DNA from: the human T2T-CHM13v2.0 reference genome, Homo sapiens
Reading direction: 5' to 3' (one strand)
NCBI RefSeq assembly: GCF_009914755.1
Contig: NC_060936.1
Length of the DNA: 64,000 nucleotides
Shown: piece by piece, positions 25,952 through 38,318 of the stretch
How positions within the stretch are numbered: position 1 is the first letter of the stretch
Layout: the number at the start of each line of letters is the position of its first letter
The notes under the pieces: model-generated
The model's input: the letters and a program-made list of their open reading frames with translations, nothing else
Databases searched by the model: none
What the model was told of the DNA's origin: nothing
Translations under genes and position numbers: made by a program

Positions 25952-27523
25952 TCATGTAAAATGGTATCTGCTTTGAGAATAACCCAGTATCAAGTATGTG
26001 TTACTTGAATTAGAACTTTGACTTTTTAATATAGAGAGATACTTTTATCTTTGACGTATTTTATTAAAATGTAAAGCACATGATGTTCCTTTCCTATTTC
26101 CTTATATTACTCTGTTTTTACTGTAATGTTTAGAAATCTACTTTCTAGTTTAATTGTTATGGAGAAATCATCTTCCTGTATAGATTAAAATTCAATCTTT
26201 TTTGAACTCAAAGAAAAATTTGGAGGGAAAGATAAATATTAATGATGGATTATCTAATATTTGTTCCAATCTCAACATGTTTTACTTCTCATAGCCTTTT
26301 ATCTTCCAGATAAAATTATGAGCGCAGATGTATAGACATTTAAAATGTGATTTTAAAAATGTATAATGCTTTTAACTTTCCTCATGTAAGACTTGTCTAT
26401 AGGGCTCTGGATGTGTGAGCAGGCTGCCTGGAACCTCCTAGCCTGCTGGTTCCTTTACTCCTCCCATATCCAACTGACTCATAGCTTAGTGAACAGTTTT
26501 TTGTTTTTGTTTTTTCTTTAAATTTTGCCTTCTTTCTGGAGTATTTTCAAAAATCTCCTTGTGTATATATTGGAATATTTTTAGCTGTTACCTAAGTACT
26601 TAATTTCTTTATATAGTAGGTCATGCAGACAGAATTCTGCAATACATACAAATTTGTATCTCCCCTCCTCAAACTAGTCCCTCTGAGTTAAACAAAGTAG
26701 TTACTATAATTTCCTTGGGATTTTTATCTCTTAAAAGTATGCTATGCTTAGTGGTATGTATATAATTCAGTAATAGTCTGTTTTAATTTTTATATAAGGT
26801 TTTTCTTTAATATTTTAACTGTTGCTTATTAAATAAAACCCATTTGTAATAAAAACAGAGTTAAGTATAATCAGTGTTCCCCCAAATCAACGTATCTCTC
26901 TTGTACAATTTCTCATCATATTGGGTAAGGGAAAATGTGATTTTTGGCGTATCTGTGATTTCTGAAGGAAAGGGGTTTCTCTGTAGAACACAATGTGCTT
27001 ATTCTTTTTCACTTTAACACTGGTATCTATTAATGGCTAATGAGCTCCATTAGGTTTAATCAACATTTCAGCAATTTTTGACTTGAATTTTGTTTAAACT
27101 TTCTGCTTTGTCTTTTACCTTTTGTTCTTTATTATGTTAGCTCATTTAATTTTTATACGTAGGATAAAACATACACTTTGAAATGGCCTCAGAATTTGAA
27201 AGTATGGCTGTAAAGGGTGAAATCACTGATGTTAAGGGAACATAACTAATAATGGTCATTGACGTACGGATGACTAGAAAGGCCAGTTGTAATTCGTGTT
27301 TAAAAAATTACTATATCATCTTCAAAGATTTATTTATTTATTTTTGTTCCTTTTCTTGGTGTGGTTTGTGTGTTGATGGGTGGTGAATTTGGAGGAAAGA
27401 AATGAGTCTTGAGAAAATACCTTGGTCATTCATTCTTAATATGTTTAGAGAATAGCAAACTTTCAGCATATTTTATTGAGATCAAAAGTAGCATGTGAAA
27501 TTAGACAATGAAATGTCAATTTT

Positions 27524-27942
27524 TGTATTAGTTTCCTGGGGCTGTTGTCACAAAGTACCAAAAACTGTGCTGCTTAAACAATAGGAATGCATTGTCCCAC
27601 AGTTCTGGAGGCTGCAAGTCGAAGATCAAGGTGTCAGCAAGTTGGTTCTTTCTGAGGGCTGCGAGGGAAAATCTATTCTGTGCCTCTCTCCTAGCTTTTG
27701 GGGACTCAAGCATTCCTTGGCTTGTAATGGCATTCTTCCCATGCCTCTTTTTATATGTCTGTCTCTGAATCCAAATTTCTTTTTTATAAAGACACAGACA
27801 TATGGATTGGAACCTAGCCTAATGACTCCAACTTGATCATCAGCAATGACCCTATTTTCAAATAAGGTCATGTTTATTCACACTGAGGATTAGAACTGCA
27901 AATATGTTTTTTTTTAGGGGGGACACAATTCAACCCATAAGA
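27524..27942 (-). mobile_element. MLT1B/C-like MaLR solo LTR
   Basis: TGTATTAGTTTCCTGGGGCTG...CACAGTTCTGGAGGCT...GGGGACACAATTCAACCCATAA. Confidence 0.88.
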
Positions 27943-28588
27943 ATTCTGAAACTTTGTTTTGTCCTTTTTTGATTAGTGTTAATACATTTTCAGAGTACTT
28001 TATATTCTCAGGGCTTAGAATAAGACAAAGTAAGATTATTCATTCGAGTATACTGGGTTATTTAGTAAGAAAATGGACTGAGATTTCATAATGAACTCTC
28101 TGCTGATATTGACATGAAAACTAGCACATTTTAAGGATTCACCTATCTACATTTACATGAAATCAATGTTCTTATAACCTTCTGACATTTACTTACCTTT
28201 TTGTATTTACTTATATACTTAATTTTGCTTTTAAGTATTATTACTATCTTTAATGCATTTGTGCTCTTTTTTAATATGGCAGGCTATGGAGTACAAAGAT
28301 TTGTGTTTTTCTGGATTAGCAAAAAATAAAACAAAACTGTAAATCCAATCATTCAGATGAGTTCTTTGGAACAACTGAGGAGTCTGTGGCCTGACCAACA
28401 AGACTAAGGACCTTACTTCACTACTATTTGGATGCCACGGCTTGAGGTTTTGTTAATATTTTAGTGTTTCTCCTAATAAAATCCAAGGGATAGTTGTTCT
28501 TTTAGAGCACATTTATAAATTCTTATTTTAGCCTATCGCTGATAGACCTTTAAAAATATATTGCCTTGACATTTATATTGATAGAGCA

Positions 28589-28960
28589 TATATTAGTCTG
28601 TTTTCACACTGCTATAAAGAACTGCCTGAGACTGGGTAATTTATAAAGGAAAGAGCTGTAATTGGCTCACAGTTCTACATGGCTGGGGAGGCCTCGGGAA
28701 ACTTACAATCATGGTGGAAGGTGAAGGGGAAGCAATGCACCTTCTTCGCAAGGTGGCAGGAAGGAGAATGAACACAGGAGGAACTGCCTAACACTTTAAA
28801 ACCATCAGATCTCTTGAGAACTCACTATCATGAGAATAGCATGGGGAAGCCATCCCCATGATTCAATTACATCCACTTGGTGTCTCCCTTGACACATCGG
28901 AATCATGGGGATTACAATTCAAGATGAGATTTTGAGTGGGGACACAGCCAAACCATATCA
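28589..28960 (-). mobile_element. THE1 (THE1C/D-like) MaLR solo LTR
   Basis: TATTAGTCTGTTTTCACACTGCTATAAAGA ... GGGGACACAGCCAAACCATATCA (reverse of the THE1 5' end). Confidence 0.92.
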
Positions 28961-29086
28961 GAGGGATACATTCATTAAGATTAACAATTCTTACTTCCCA
29001 GTGTATATGTTCCTCATGTTTTTAAAAAGGAAAATATGATAGATGTGGTGATTTAGAAACTGGCTGCTTCTATGTGGTTCACCTAA

Positions 29087-29413
<327 letters not shown>

Positions 29414-29689
29414 TAAAATCACATGTTTGTTTGAGAGTTAGAGATACGTGTAGAGACTTTCAAAGCATTACTTGAATTTTTTTCATAGTTTTTTAAAACT
29501 TTGTTTCTAATTATTGAAATAATCAATGCTTACTGAACAAATTTTAAAAAATAAAGAGAAGTATGTGAAGAGAAGTACTTAAAATCCAAGCATAATATAA
29601 TATTAAATTTGACTGGCGTAGTGTCTATCTGTGAGTGTGTGTTCACATGCCTATGTGTAGAACTAAAGAATAATTTAAATAAATTATGA

Positions 29690-29850
29690 CTTATACAAAT
29701 ATGAATGAATGTATGCCCAAAATTCCATTTAACTGATTGATTAATGAGGGAACCAGTAAGATGTTACAACTGATTCAAATGAGAAGTTAAAGTATCACAT
29801 ACATTTAAAGTCAGAAAAGAAGTGCTAAATGAATTTACAAAAAGGTGCAT
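29690..29850. mobile_element. Possible ERV1 LTR fragment (LTR37-like)
   Basis: ATTAATGAGGGAACCAGTAAGATGTTACAAC block recalled from this LTR family; the family assignment is tentative. Confidence 0.35.
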
Positions 29851-29852
29851 AA

Positions 29853-30161
<309 letters not shown>

Positions 30162-31017
30162 CTACAAGGCAATATTCAATTGCATTCCAATGGATACAAC
30201 ATCCATTTCTATTTTTGTTATTTTTCTGTTAGTAAATGAGATTGCTGTCAGTTTCTATTATTTTCAGAGTTGTAAAATGGCTCAAAGACAATAAAAGCCA
30301 GAGAAATGCATGAGCTAGTCAGGGAACCTACTAATTTGTCATGTTTTTTCTTTTTGCCCATTTTGAAGTTTTTCACACAGTTTTTAATACAGCTCATATT
30401 GATATATATTCTCATCAGTTGGAATTATGTTTTTATGTTTCTTCACATAGAGCAAATATAATTAAAAATAAAAGCATAATGCATATTCCTTCCTATTGAC
30501 ATTGATACTATCTATAGCGTTACCCAGGAGCATTATGAAATGCACAACACTTAAAACCAAATAAAACAAAAATACCCTTTCCTTGAGCTCTTTACTCTTG
30601 GGGGGCAAGAGGGGCACTATATTATCCTTTTTACCTTCTTCCTCCCAGTCAACCTCTCTCTTTTTCACGTACTCTACCAACATCCCCACCCAATCTCCCC
30701 TTATGCCTCCAAAATTAGTCCTATCCTGATTGTGGAGTTTGGGGTTTTCTTTGATTCAATGGATGATACCAGTCACACCATTTGAAAAAAGCATATGACA
30801 GTGTTGTTCAGTGTTGGTGAACAGGAATTCTTGATATTTATTTTTAAGGATTCCATTTAATTGCTAATTACAGATCTTTGTTAAATTAAGCCGACCTTCA
30901 CTCACATTTAAAAAATTTAACTTTGTTTTGGTTTTCATGAGACAAATATCTCTCTTTAAGTGAACAAGCTTTTAAAAGAATTAGCTTCTTCAGTATGGAA
31001 AGCAAGATGCAATTCGC

Positions 31018-31372
31018 AGCTGGTGCAATGGCTTACACCAGTATGTAATCCCAGCACTATGGGAGGCCGAGGGGGAAGAATCCCTTGAACCCAGGAGTTC
31101 AAGCCCGGGCTGAGTGACACAGTGAGACATCTTTACAACAACAACAACAAAAACAAAATAACAATAACAACAAATAATTACCTCAGCCTCTCGAGTATAC
31201 TGTAGGTACAAAGCCACCACGTGTACCTGTAGTCCCAGCTACTCGAGAGGCTGAATAGAGGGATTGCTTGAGCCTGGGAGGTTGAGGCTGCCGTGAGCTG
31301 TAATTGCACCACTATACTGCAGTCTGGGCAAGAGTGAGTCCCTGTCTCCAAAAAAAAAAAAAAAAGAGAAAA
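31018..31372 (+). mobile_element. AluJ SINE with internal inverted duplication
   Basis: J-type arms, (CAA)n linker, antisense Alu segment at 31181-31220; degenerate TSD AAGATGCAATTC / AAGAAGCAGTTC. Confidence 0.92.
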
Positions 31373-33300
31373 AGAAGCAGTTCCCCTAATGATTCTGGAT
31401 CATTATGCCAGAAGTATCCAGGTTCAAAGCGATATTTTATATTTTAGTAAGTAGTTTTCACTAATAATTCTTCAGCAATCAACGAATAATTCTTCTGGAA
31501 TACATCAATTGTTTGAGAATCATAAAAGAGATTTCCAAATACCGTACTCCAAAATCAGTAACACACTCTGAATCTGAATTGGGCTATGTAAATGTCTTCA
31601 GTTTACAGTTAAGTATAGATTTTTACTTGCAGTTATTTTCTCTTAGTCATTTCTTTCCTTCATTAAGGACTTCGTATTTTATTTTCATTTGCGTGCATGG
31701 ACAAGAGAATGGATGCATTCATTTTGTTGTTTCTAGAGATGAATACAGAAAATGCCTAGTGAAGACTGAGTCTGGCTGTGATTTACAAAGTTGGAGCGTT
31801 ATAGCCAGTAAGCCTGTCAGGCAGCCCCTGACAGCAGAAGCAAGTCTTGAGGTGGGCATGAGAAATGACAGCCTTCTTTATGCCAGAGTCTTATTACCAT
31901 TTTGATTTAAAAAACATTGTTTTGGGTCTCAGTAAACTATTGTAGCCATGAAAATGAGATAAAATAACTATTTGGTTTGTCCTATGTATATTCTATATAT
32001 GAAAGGAAGAAAAATCAGTACATGGCTATCAGTCTCTACAGAGGAGGGGAAATAATTTGTGCTTAGATATATTAATGCCTAACTGATGTTTTATATATGT
32101 GATCATAAGATATGTCATTTACTTAAAATTTATAGTTAATCCCCTTTTTTGCCTCACCTACAGACAAAATGGCTTTATTCCAGCAAAATTAAGTCAGAAA
32201 ATAATGTTCACTGATTTAGATGTTGATGACAGATGGGTCTTAGGTCAGGATAACAGCTATGGCTGGGAGACATTGATTGTTAACATTTATGCCCCAATAA
32301 TGAATGACCTGAATTTTTCCCACATGTTTGCTCAGGAAACACAGGGCTGTGGAGGTCTTGACGTCATAGAGGCAGAAGGATTTGGGGCCAGAGTATATTC
32401 ACTGCTGGCAGTCATTCATTAGTAAATCCTTGGTAAGAGAGTTGGATTTGAGTGACATCTGGAGGCTTTCTATACCTAGAGATGGGGGAGTTCTGGGTTT
32501 GTATTTTTTTCTGGTAAGCTAGATTCATCTTTTAGGAAATACCATATATATAATTGATGGGTTTAACATTTCACATTGAGAGGAGGTGAAAGATTGAAAG
32601 AATTGAAGAAGAAAGATTGAGTTTGTATGATTTTTTCCCCTGAATGAATTTGGTTAATTTAGTGTTAGGTGCTAATATAAAACATTGCTTGAGCCATGTA
32701 GTGTCAGGAAAACATATCTGTTATTAGTTCTTGGTTGCCATTTAAAAATGGAGATTGAAATTTCCTTTACCTAGCAGGAAAATTACAACAGTGATCCTTG
32801 AATATTTGGAAAGGACACATACATTCCAAAGTGTCTAGTGATGAGGCAAAATTGTTCATATTGAATTCCTTTTTCTTGCTCAAGGCCATTTCTGGAGGAA
32901 ACTTGTAATATTGGAGAAGTTACATGAGCACATTGTGTTTGCTGCATGGAAAGGAGAATATAAGGCTTCTCAGCACAGTGGCTAAGCAGATCAAGAGTTG
33001 AGGTTAGGTTAGCAATCATGAGGCTGAGGTGCAACTTAGACTCCAGTCCCCTATAAAATATACCTTATAGAGTTTAGAGATTTGATGCAATTCAAAGCAA
33101 ATTTACTATGTTGAACATCAGCAATGTCCCAAAGAAGACCATAAAATTCTGTGGTGGTTAAAATCTGTTGTTTAAACATTAGAAGTATAATATTAAACAT
33201 TTCTTTCTGTTGGTTCTCGTCCCATTAGAAGAGCTAGATCCTAATAGCTCTTTGGTACCTTATCAAAACAGGAGAAACAATAATTTAATGATCCTTTAAT

Positions 33301-33554
33301 CCAGGGGTGGTGGCTCATACCTGTGATTTCAGTTATTTGGGAGGCCCAGGATCACTTGAGGCCGGGGAGTTTGAGACCAGTCTGGGCAACATAGTGAGAC
33401 CCCGTCTGTACCAAATAAAAATTAGCCAGATATGACGGTATGTGCCTGTAGTCCTAGCTACTCAGGAGGCTGAGGCAGGAGGATTACTTGAGCCCAGGAG
33501 TTTGAGGCCCACTGTAATCTAGCCTGGGAAACAGAGTGAGCCTGACTCAAAAAA
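33301..33554 (+). mobile_element. AluJ SINE with internal deletions
   Basis: J-type GAGGATTACTTGAGCCCAGGAGTTTGAGG; TSD ATCCTTTAAT at 33291-33300 and 33555-33564. Confidence 0.92.
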
Positions 33555-33610
33555 ATCCTTTAATACTTTTCTATTCAAGAATTTTTCTTTTCAGTCCAAG
33601 AAGATCAATA

Positions 33611-34141
33611 TGTTACCAACAAAGCAATTTCCCATCAAAATGGCATCTTTGCCGATTCAGTGCCACAAAACCAATACCCAAACCGAAAGTGAACATCTAG
33701 CAGTGCAGGCTTTATTGATGGCATGGGATTGAGAAGCTCAAGAGAGCTGGGAAGTCACAGAAACAGGCATCTCTAATGAAAGGGTTGGGTATTAAAAATA
33801 AGGGGACGAACATTCGTGTTTTCTTCTGGGAACGGGCAGAGAACTCCTCAAAACCAGAGTGCTGCCTTCCCTCCCCCACCTTTTGTTTCAATGGGTTGTT
33901 GTCATGGTGATTGTAAACTGTCATGGTGCTGTGAGGTGTATCATTTAGCATGAAAATTAGATTATAATGAAGTTAGAGTTTCTTCAGAGGTCAAGAAAGC
34001 TGCCATCTTGGATCCCGCTAGTCTTGGCCAGTTTGGTCACTAGGGGGACTTTTGACCTCAGGTGTCCCATTTTTAAAGATAAACAGAGTTAAGGAAGGAT
34101 AGAAATTCACCTATGTCATGTAGGCATCATACTGGGTAACA
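33611..34141 (-). mobile_element. ERV1 (MER4-group) solo LTR
   Basis: Termini TGTTACC...GGTAACA; AATAAA on the minus strand (33711-33716) about 100 nt from its 3' end; TTGTAAACTGTCATGG block typical of MER4-group LTRs. Confidence 0.75.
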
Positions 34142-34459
34142 AACCTGCAACACATTGTCTAGACCTCTGTGTTAGAGAATGATTATTCATACTTTATGGA
34201 AAGACCTTGTAGTTAAGATTGTCAAGTAATATTTAACTACAAAGTGGATTGTCTGCCTTAGCTAGGTTACTCTACCGGTATAATCGAATCTCTTTACAGT
34301 AGTAGTTAGTAGTAGTAAGTAGTGTCCAATGTTACTGCGTTTTTGTTTGAGAAATAATAAAATTCAAATGTTGTAGAACTATAAAATATACAGATTTAAA
34401 TTCCCTGTTGTAATCTTACTTCCCAGAGAAAATTCCTGACGATAATTTAGTACAGAGAG

Positions 34460-34753
34460 TTTTTTTTTGAGGCAGAGTCTCGCCGTGTTGCCCAGGCTGG
34501 AGTGTAGTGGTGCGATCTCAGCTCACTGCAACCTCCATCTCCCACGTTGAAGCTATTCTTATGCCTCAGCCTTCTGAGTAGCTGGGATTACACGTGTGCA
34601 TCACCACGTCCAGCCAATTCTTGTGTTTTTAGTAGAGATGGGGTTTCACCACGTTGTCCAAGCTGGTCTCAAACTCCTTACCTCAAGTGATCCTCCTCCC
34701 ACCTCGCCCTCACAAAGTGCTGGGATTACAAGTGTGAGCCACTGCAGCAGTCC
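34460..34753 (-). mobile_element. AluS SINE
   Basis: Full antisense Alu with short T tail. Confidence 0.94.
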
Positions 34754-34810
34754 TAGTAGTCTTTCAATACTAAAATGACACATAGACCAGCATAGTGGGG
34801 GAGGCAGGAA

Positions 34811-35600
34811 GTATTGCAGGGTGAGTAGAAGCACAGCACAGCCTCTGGAGCCACAGTGTCTGGGTTCGAATCCTGTCTGCTATTGTATGAGTCACAGTCT
34901 GGGCAGGAAATAGATGACTCAGGGGTCATTGAAGACTTTGAGGAAGTACCTAGTTATAGAAGTATTAAGAAAAGCAACAAGGAATGATGAGGCAACCTGG
35001 GTGCCCAAAAAGTGAAAGTGGTTATCACTAGGACCAAAGGCACGAGGAGAGGGAGGTGTAACTGAGACCCAGTGAGAGCAGTACCTGTGGGAAAGGGGCT
35101 ACTGAACAGGAGCTGTGGCTATGGGTAGAGAAATGCAGCCACTATTGGATTACGCTGCTGCACTGAGCAGGTGGGGGCAGGGCAGCGAGGGGTGATTATA
35201 AATACTCACCTCAACCTCCTTTCTTTTATTCCACACTCACTGATGGTTACTGTCATGGGCTGAATCCTAACAAGATCCATGGACTCCAGAATCCAGGTGT
35301 TGTAATTTGTAAAATCAGCCTCTTTAGGGCAGAGGAAAAGGAAGGAGATGAGTAAGGGTGGGGTGGTGGTGGCGGGAATAAAGACTTACAAGCAAAAAGC
35401 AAAAACACTTACTAGCTGTGTTTGCTAGCAAGGCACTTTGTTTCCTAGTAACTCTGTGCTTTATTTTCCTTATTGATTTAAAGAGGAGAATAATAGAACC
35501 AATAATATAGGGTTATTATGAGAGTTAAATAAGTTAATATGTATGAAATGTGTAGGTGAGTACCACCTGTATAGAAATTAGTCAGCAAATATTGTTAATA
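34811..35600 (+). mobile_element. MIR split by a nested LTR
   Basis: MIR head (CTCTGGAGCCACAGTGTCTGGGTTCGAATCC) ends at ~34883; the MIR resumes at ~35407 (CTTACTAGCTGTGT...ATAGGGTTATTATGAGAGTTAAATAAG). Confidence 0.7.
34884..35407 (-). mobile_element. Old MLT1 (K/L-like) solo LTR inserted in MIR
   Basis: TGTATGAGTCACAGTCTGGGCAGGAAATAGATG start; GGCTGAATCC...TCAGCCTC...GGGCAGAG 3' block. Confidence 0.6.
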
Positions 35601-35744
35601 GTATCATTAACACTTTATAGATTAATTCATTTATGAATTATGAATTAATTTTACATGCACCTTTTAGCTGTTTCTGATTTTTACTTAGCAGTGTATCTTG
35701 ATCACCTCCTTCTCTGTCTGTATATGTACATATACATATATGGA

Positions 35745-36010
35745 CAGTCAGCCCTCTGTATCTGTGTGTTCTGCCTTTGTGGATTCAACCAATTGTGAAT
35801 AGAAAATATTAGAAAAAATAACAGTACAACAATAAAATAATATAAATAAAAATAGAACTTACATAGCATTTACATTATATTATGTATTTTAAGTAATCCA
35901 GAGATGATTTAAAGCATATGAAAGGATGTGTATAGGTTATGTGCACATACTATGCTATTTATCTATGAGGGTCCTAGAGCAAATTCCCCTGAGATACCAA
36001 GGGTTGACTA
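35745..36010 (-). mobile_element. MER2B-like TcMar-Tigger MITE
   Basis: TIR-like ends CAGTCAGCCCTCTGTATC / GATACCAAGGGTTGACT; ACATAGCATTTACATT...GAGATGATTTAAAG core. Confidence 0.8.
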
Positions 36011-36106
36011 TATGTACATATACAGACACACAAACACACACAGATGTGCCTCACTTCTCTCTCTCTCCACACATTCACACTCACACCCATTCACAAACTA
36101 CTTTTC

Positions 36107-36398
36107 TTTTTTTTTTGAGGTGGAGTTTTGCTCTTGTTGCCAAGGCTGCAGTACAATGGCGCAACCTAAGCTCACCGCAGCCTCCGACTCCCAGGTTCAA
36201 GCAATTCTACTGCCTCAGCCTACCAAGTAGCTGGGACTACAGGCATGCGCCACCAAGCCCAGCTAATTTTGTATTTTTAGTAGAGACAGGGTTTCTCCAT
36301 GTTGGTCAGGCTGGTCTCGAACTCCTGACCTCAGGTGATCCGCCTGCCTCGACCTCCCAAAGTGTTGGGATTACAGGCGTGAGCCAGCACGCCTGGCC
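36107..36398 (-). mobile_element. AluSp SINE
   Basis: Sp diagnostics GCTCTTGTTGCC, CTCACCGCA, GTTTCTCCATGTTGGTCAGG; TSD CAAACTACTTTTC. Confidence 0.95.
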
Positions 36399-38029
36399 GC
36401 AAACTACTTTTCAATGGCTTCAGAGTATTCCAATGTATGGATATACCAGAATACACTTAAACCTTTCTGTTTACAAGGGGATTCAGACTATTTTCAGTAT
36501 TTTACCATTATGCACAATGCTGTAGTAACATTTGAACTTCTAACCTCTAATTTTGGATTCAAGTGAAGCAAGTGAGTTTTGTGTATTTTGAGTCATCTAG
36601 ATTAAGTTGTCTTCAGGCCGCTCTCTGATGAGAAGGAATGTAAATGAGTGACATTAGTACAAATATTCAAGTGGCTGAAGCCTTTTATTTTTCTTGGTCC
36701 TAACCCAATTCAATTTTATAGAGAAAAAGTTTATAGAGTTTTTACATGACCTTTAACTTTATTGAAGAAGAGCTTTTAAAATATTTTCTTGATACCACCA
36801 TATGCCCTGCACTTAGGTTTCATATTGTTTATGAAAATATTGATAGCTGTGTAATCAAATTCAGGGCCAAATATTTTCAGTGTTTGATTTTATTGTAATG
36901 TGGTCAGAGAAACATAATTATAGGTGAGTGACTTGAAACTCATGCTGTGTGTAGGTACATTTCTTAACAGAATAATGTATCTCGTGAGTGTTATGTATGT
37001 GTGTCTCTGTGTGTGTTTGTGTGTCTCTGTGTTGTGTGTGTGTATAGTTTTGTCCTCAAACTTATTTCTCCTTACATGATAAATTATGACTTTCCTTTCC
37101 TATGGAATAAATGTTACCAGTTCAAGTTGACCAAGTGTGAAAACAAGTGACATTTATTTCCTGCTTTCCTACTTCTGGGCAGAATTGGAGTGGAAAGTAA
37201 TACATGTCGTTCTGCACTGAAATATTTAGGACTATTTTGCCCTGTAGTAGACAATTTAGGCTTAATAAAAAGGTTTCCATCCAGTGTTTGCTAAAGGTAA
37301 TTGAAGAGAATTGGAGAAAATAATATTTTAAACAATTCCGCAAAAAAAAAAAAAAAATACATAAATAGAAGCCCTATGTTTTGATGGCATTGATGGCAGT
37401 CTGTTCTAAATTCAGTACAACTGTGTTTCATCAGATAAGTTACTTAGCACAAATGTGATTCATGTAAAGAAACCGATTCTGAATCATTATTTATTTATTT
37501 AAACATAGTGTCTGTCTAAAATCATTCAATTTGAGAATTCTTCCATATGGACAGTGGACAAGAGAATGTTCCATGAATTTTTATATACTCTCCTTTGCCC
37601 TAAGTCTGCCTGTTTGAAATGTGTTCAATCAATGCCTGCTTGGAGTTCTGCTATCCTCTTCTTTCCTCTCCTGTTTTCTTGACCATTCTTCTTGTGGTCA
37701 CCAATACAAGTTCTGTTCATCTAGTTGTCTGGGCTCTGGCTTGAACCTTTATTGCTGGCACTTAGCATAACAGCTAAATACTTAAAATGCTTTCATTATA
37801 CCAGATTTTGGATTTCTTTAATTTGTGACCACAAGCTCAGTGTTTTGAAAGGTAGAATCATACAAAGAAACAACTATAATCTAATTAACCTAAGATAAGT
37901 AGTTAATGTTTTATGTGTCTTCATCATTTTATATATTTTACATAGAACAATATACTTAATTTTGAATATTCCTTTTAAACTTGTCTGTTTCACAGGCATT
38001 TTTTTCTGTATTAAGTTTTCAAAAACATT

Positions 38030-38318
38030 TTTAATGGTCATGTGCCAATTTTTTTCTATGGCTATTACATAACATTCTCTCTTGTTAGACATTTTTGTTG
38101 TTTTCGACTTTTCCCTACTACAATTAATAATGACATGAAAAGTTTTGTATAAAACACTTCAAGTTGCAGAACATCTCTTTACAGAATATTCCTAGAAGTG
38201 GAATTATTAGGCCAAATGGTAGGAATACTTTTAAGCTTTCTGTATATGTTGCCAGATTGCTTTTTAAGAAGGTTGTACCAATTTACACTCCCACTAGCAA
38301 TGTAGGAGAGTGCCTGGT
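38030..38318 (-). mobile_element. Old L1 (L1ME-like) fragment
   Basis: ATTCCTAGAAGTGGAATTATTAGG...TTGCCAGATTGCTTT...GTACCAATTTACACTCCCACTAGCAATGT. Confidence 0.75.

Noticed and set aside
31513-32422. 130-aa and 107-aa plus-strand ORFs
   Set aside because: Non-ATG starts, composition typical of AT-rich noncoding DNA, no protein similarity I recognise.
35926-36525. Longest ORF (199 aa) and similar ORFs at 43253, 29105, 25607, 24207, 58229, 4690 and 7880
   Set aside because: They are translations of Alu (and MER2) sequence, giving the classic Alu-derived peptides.
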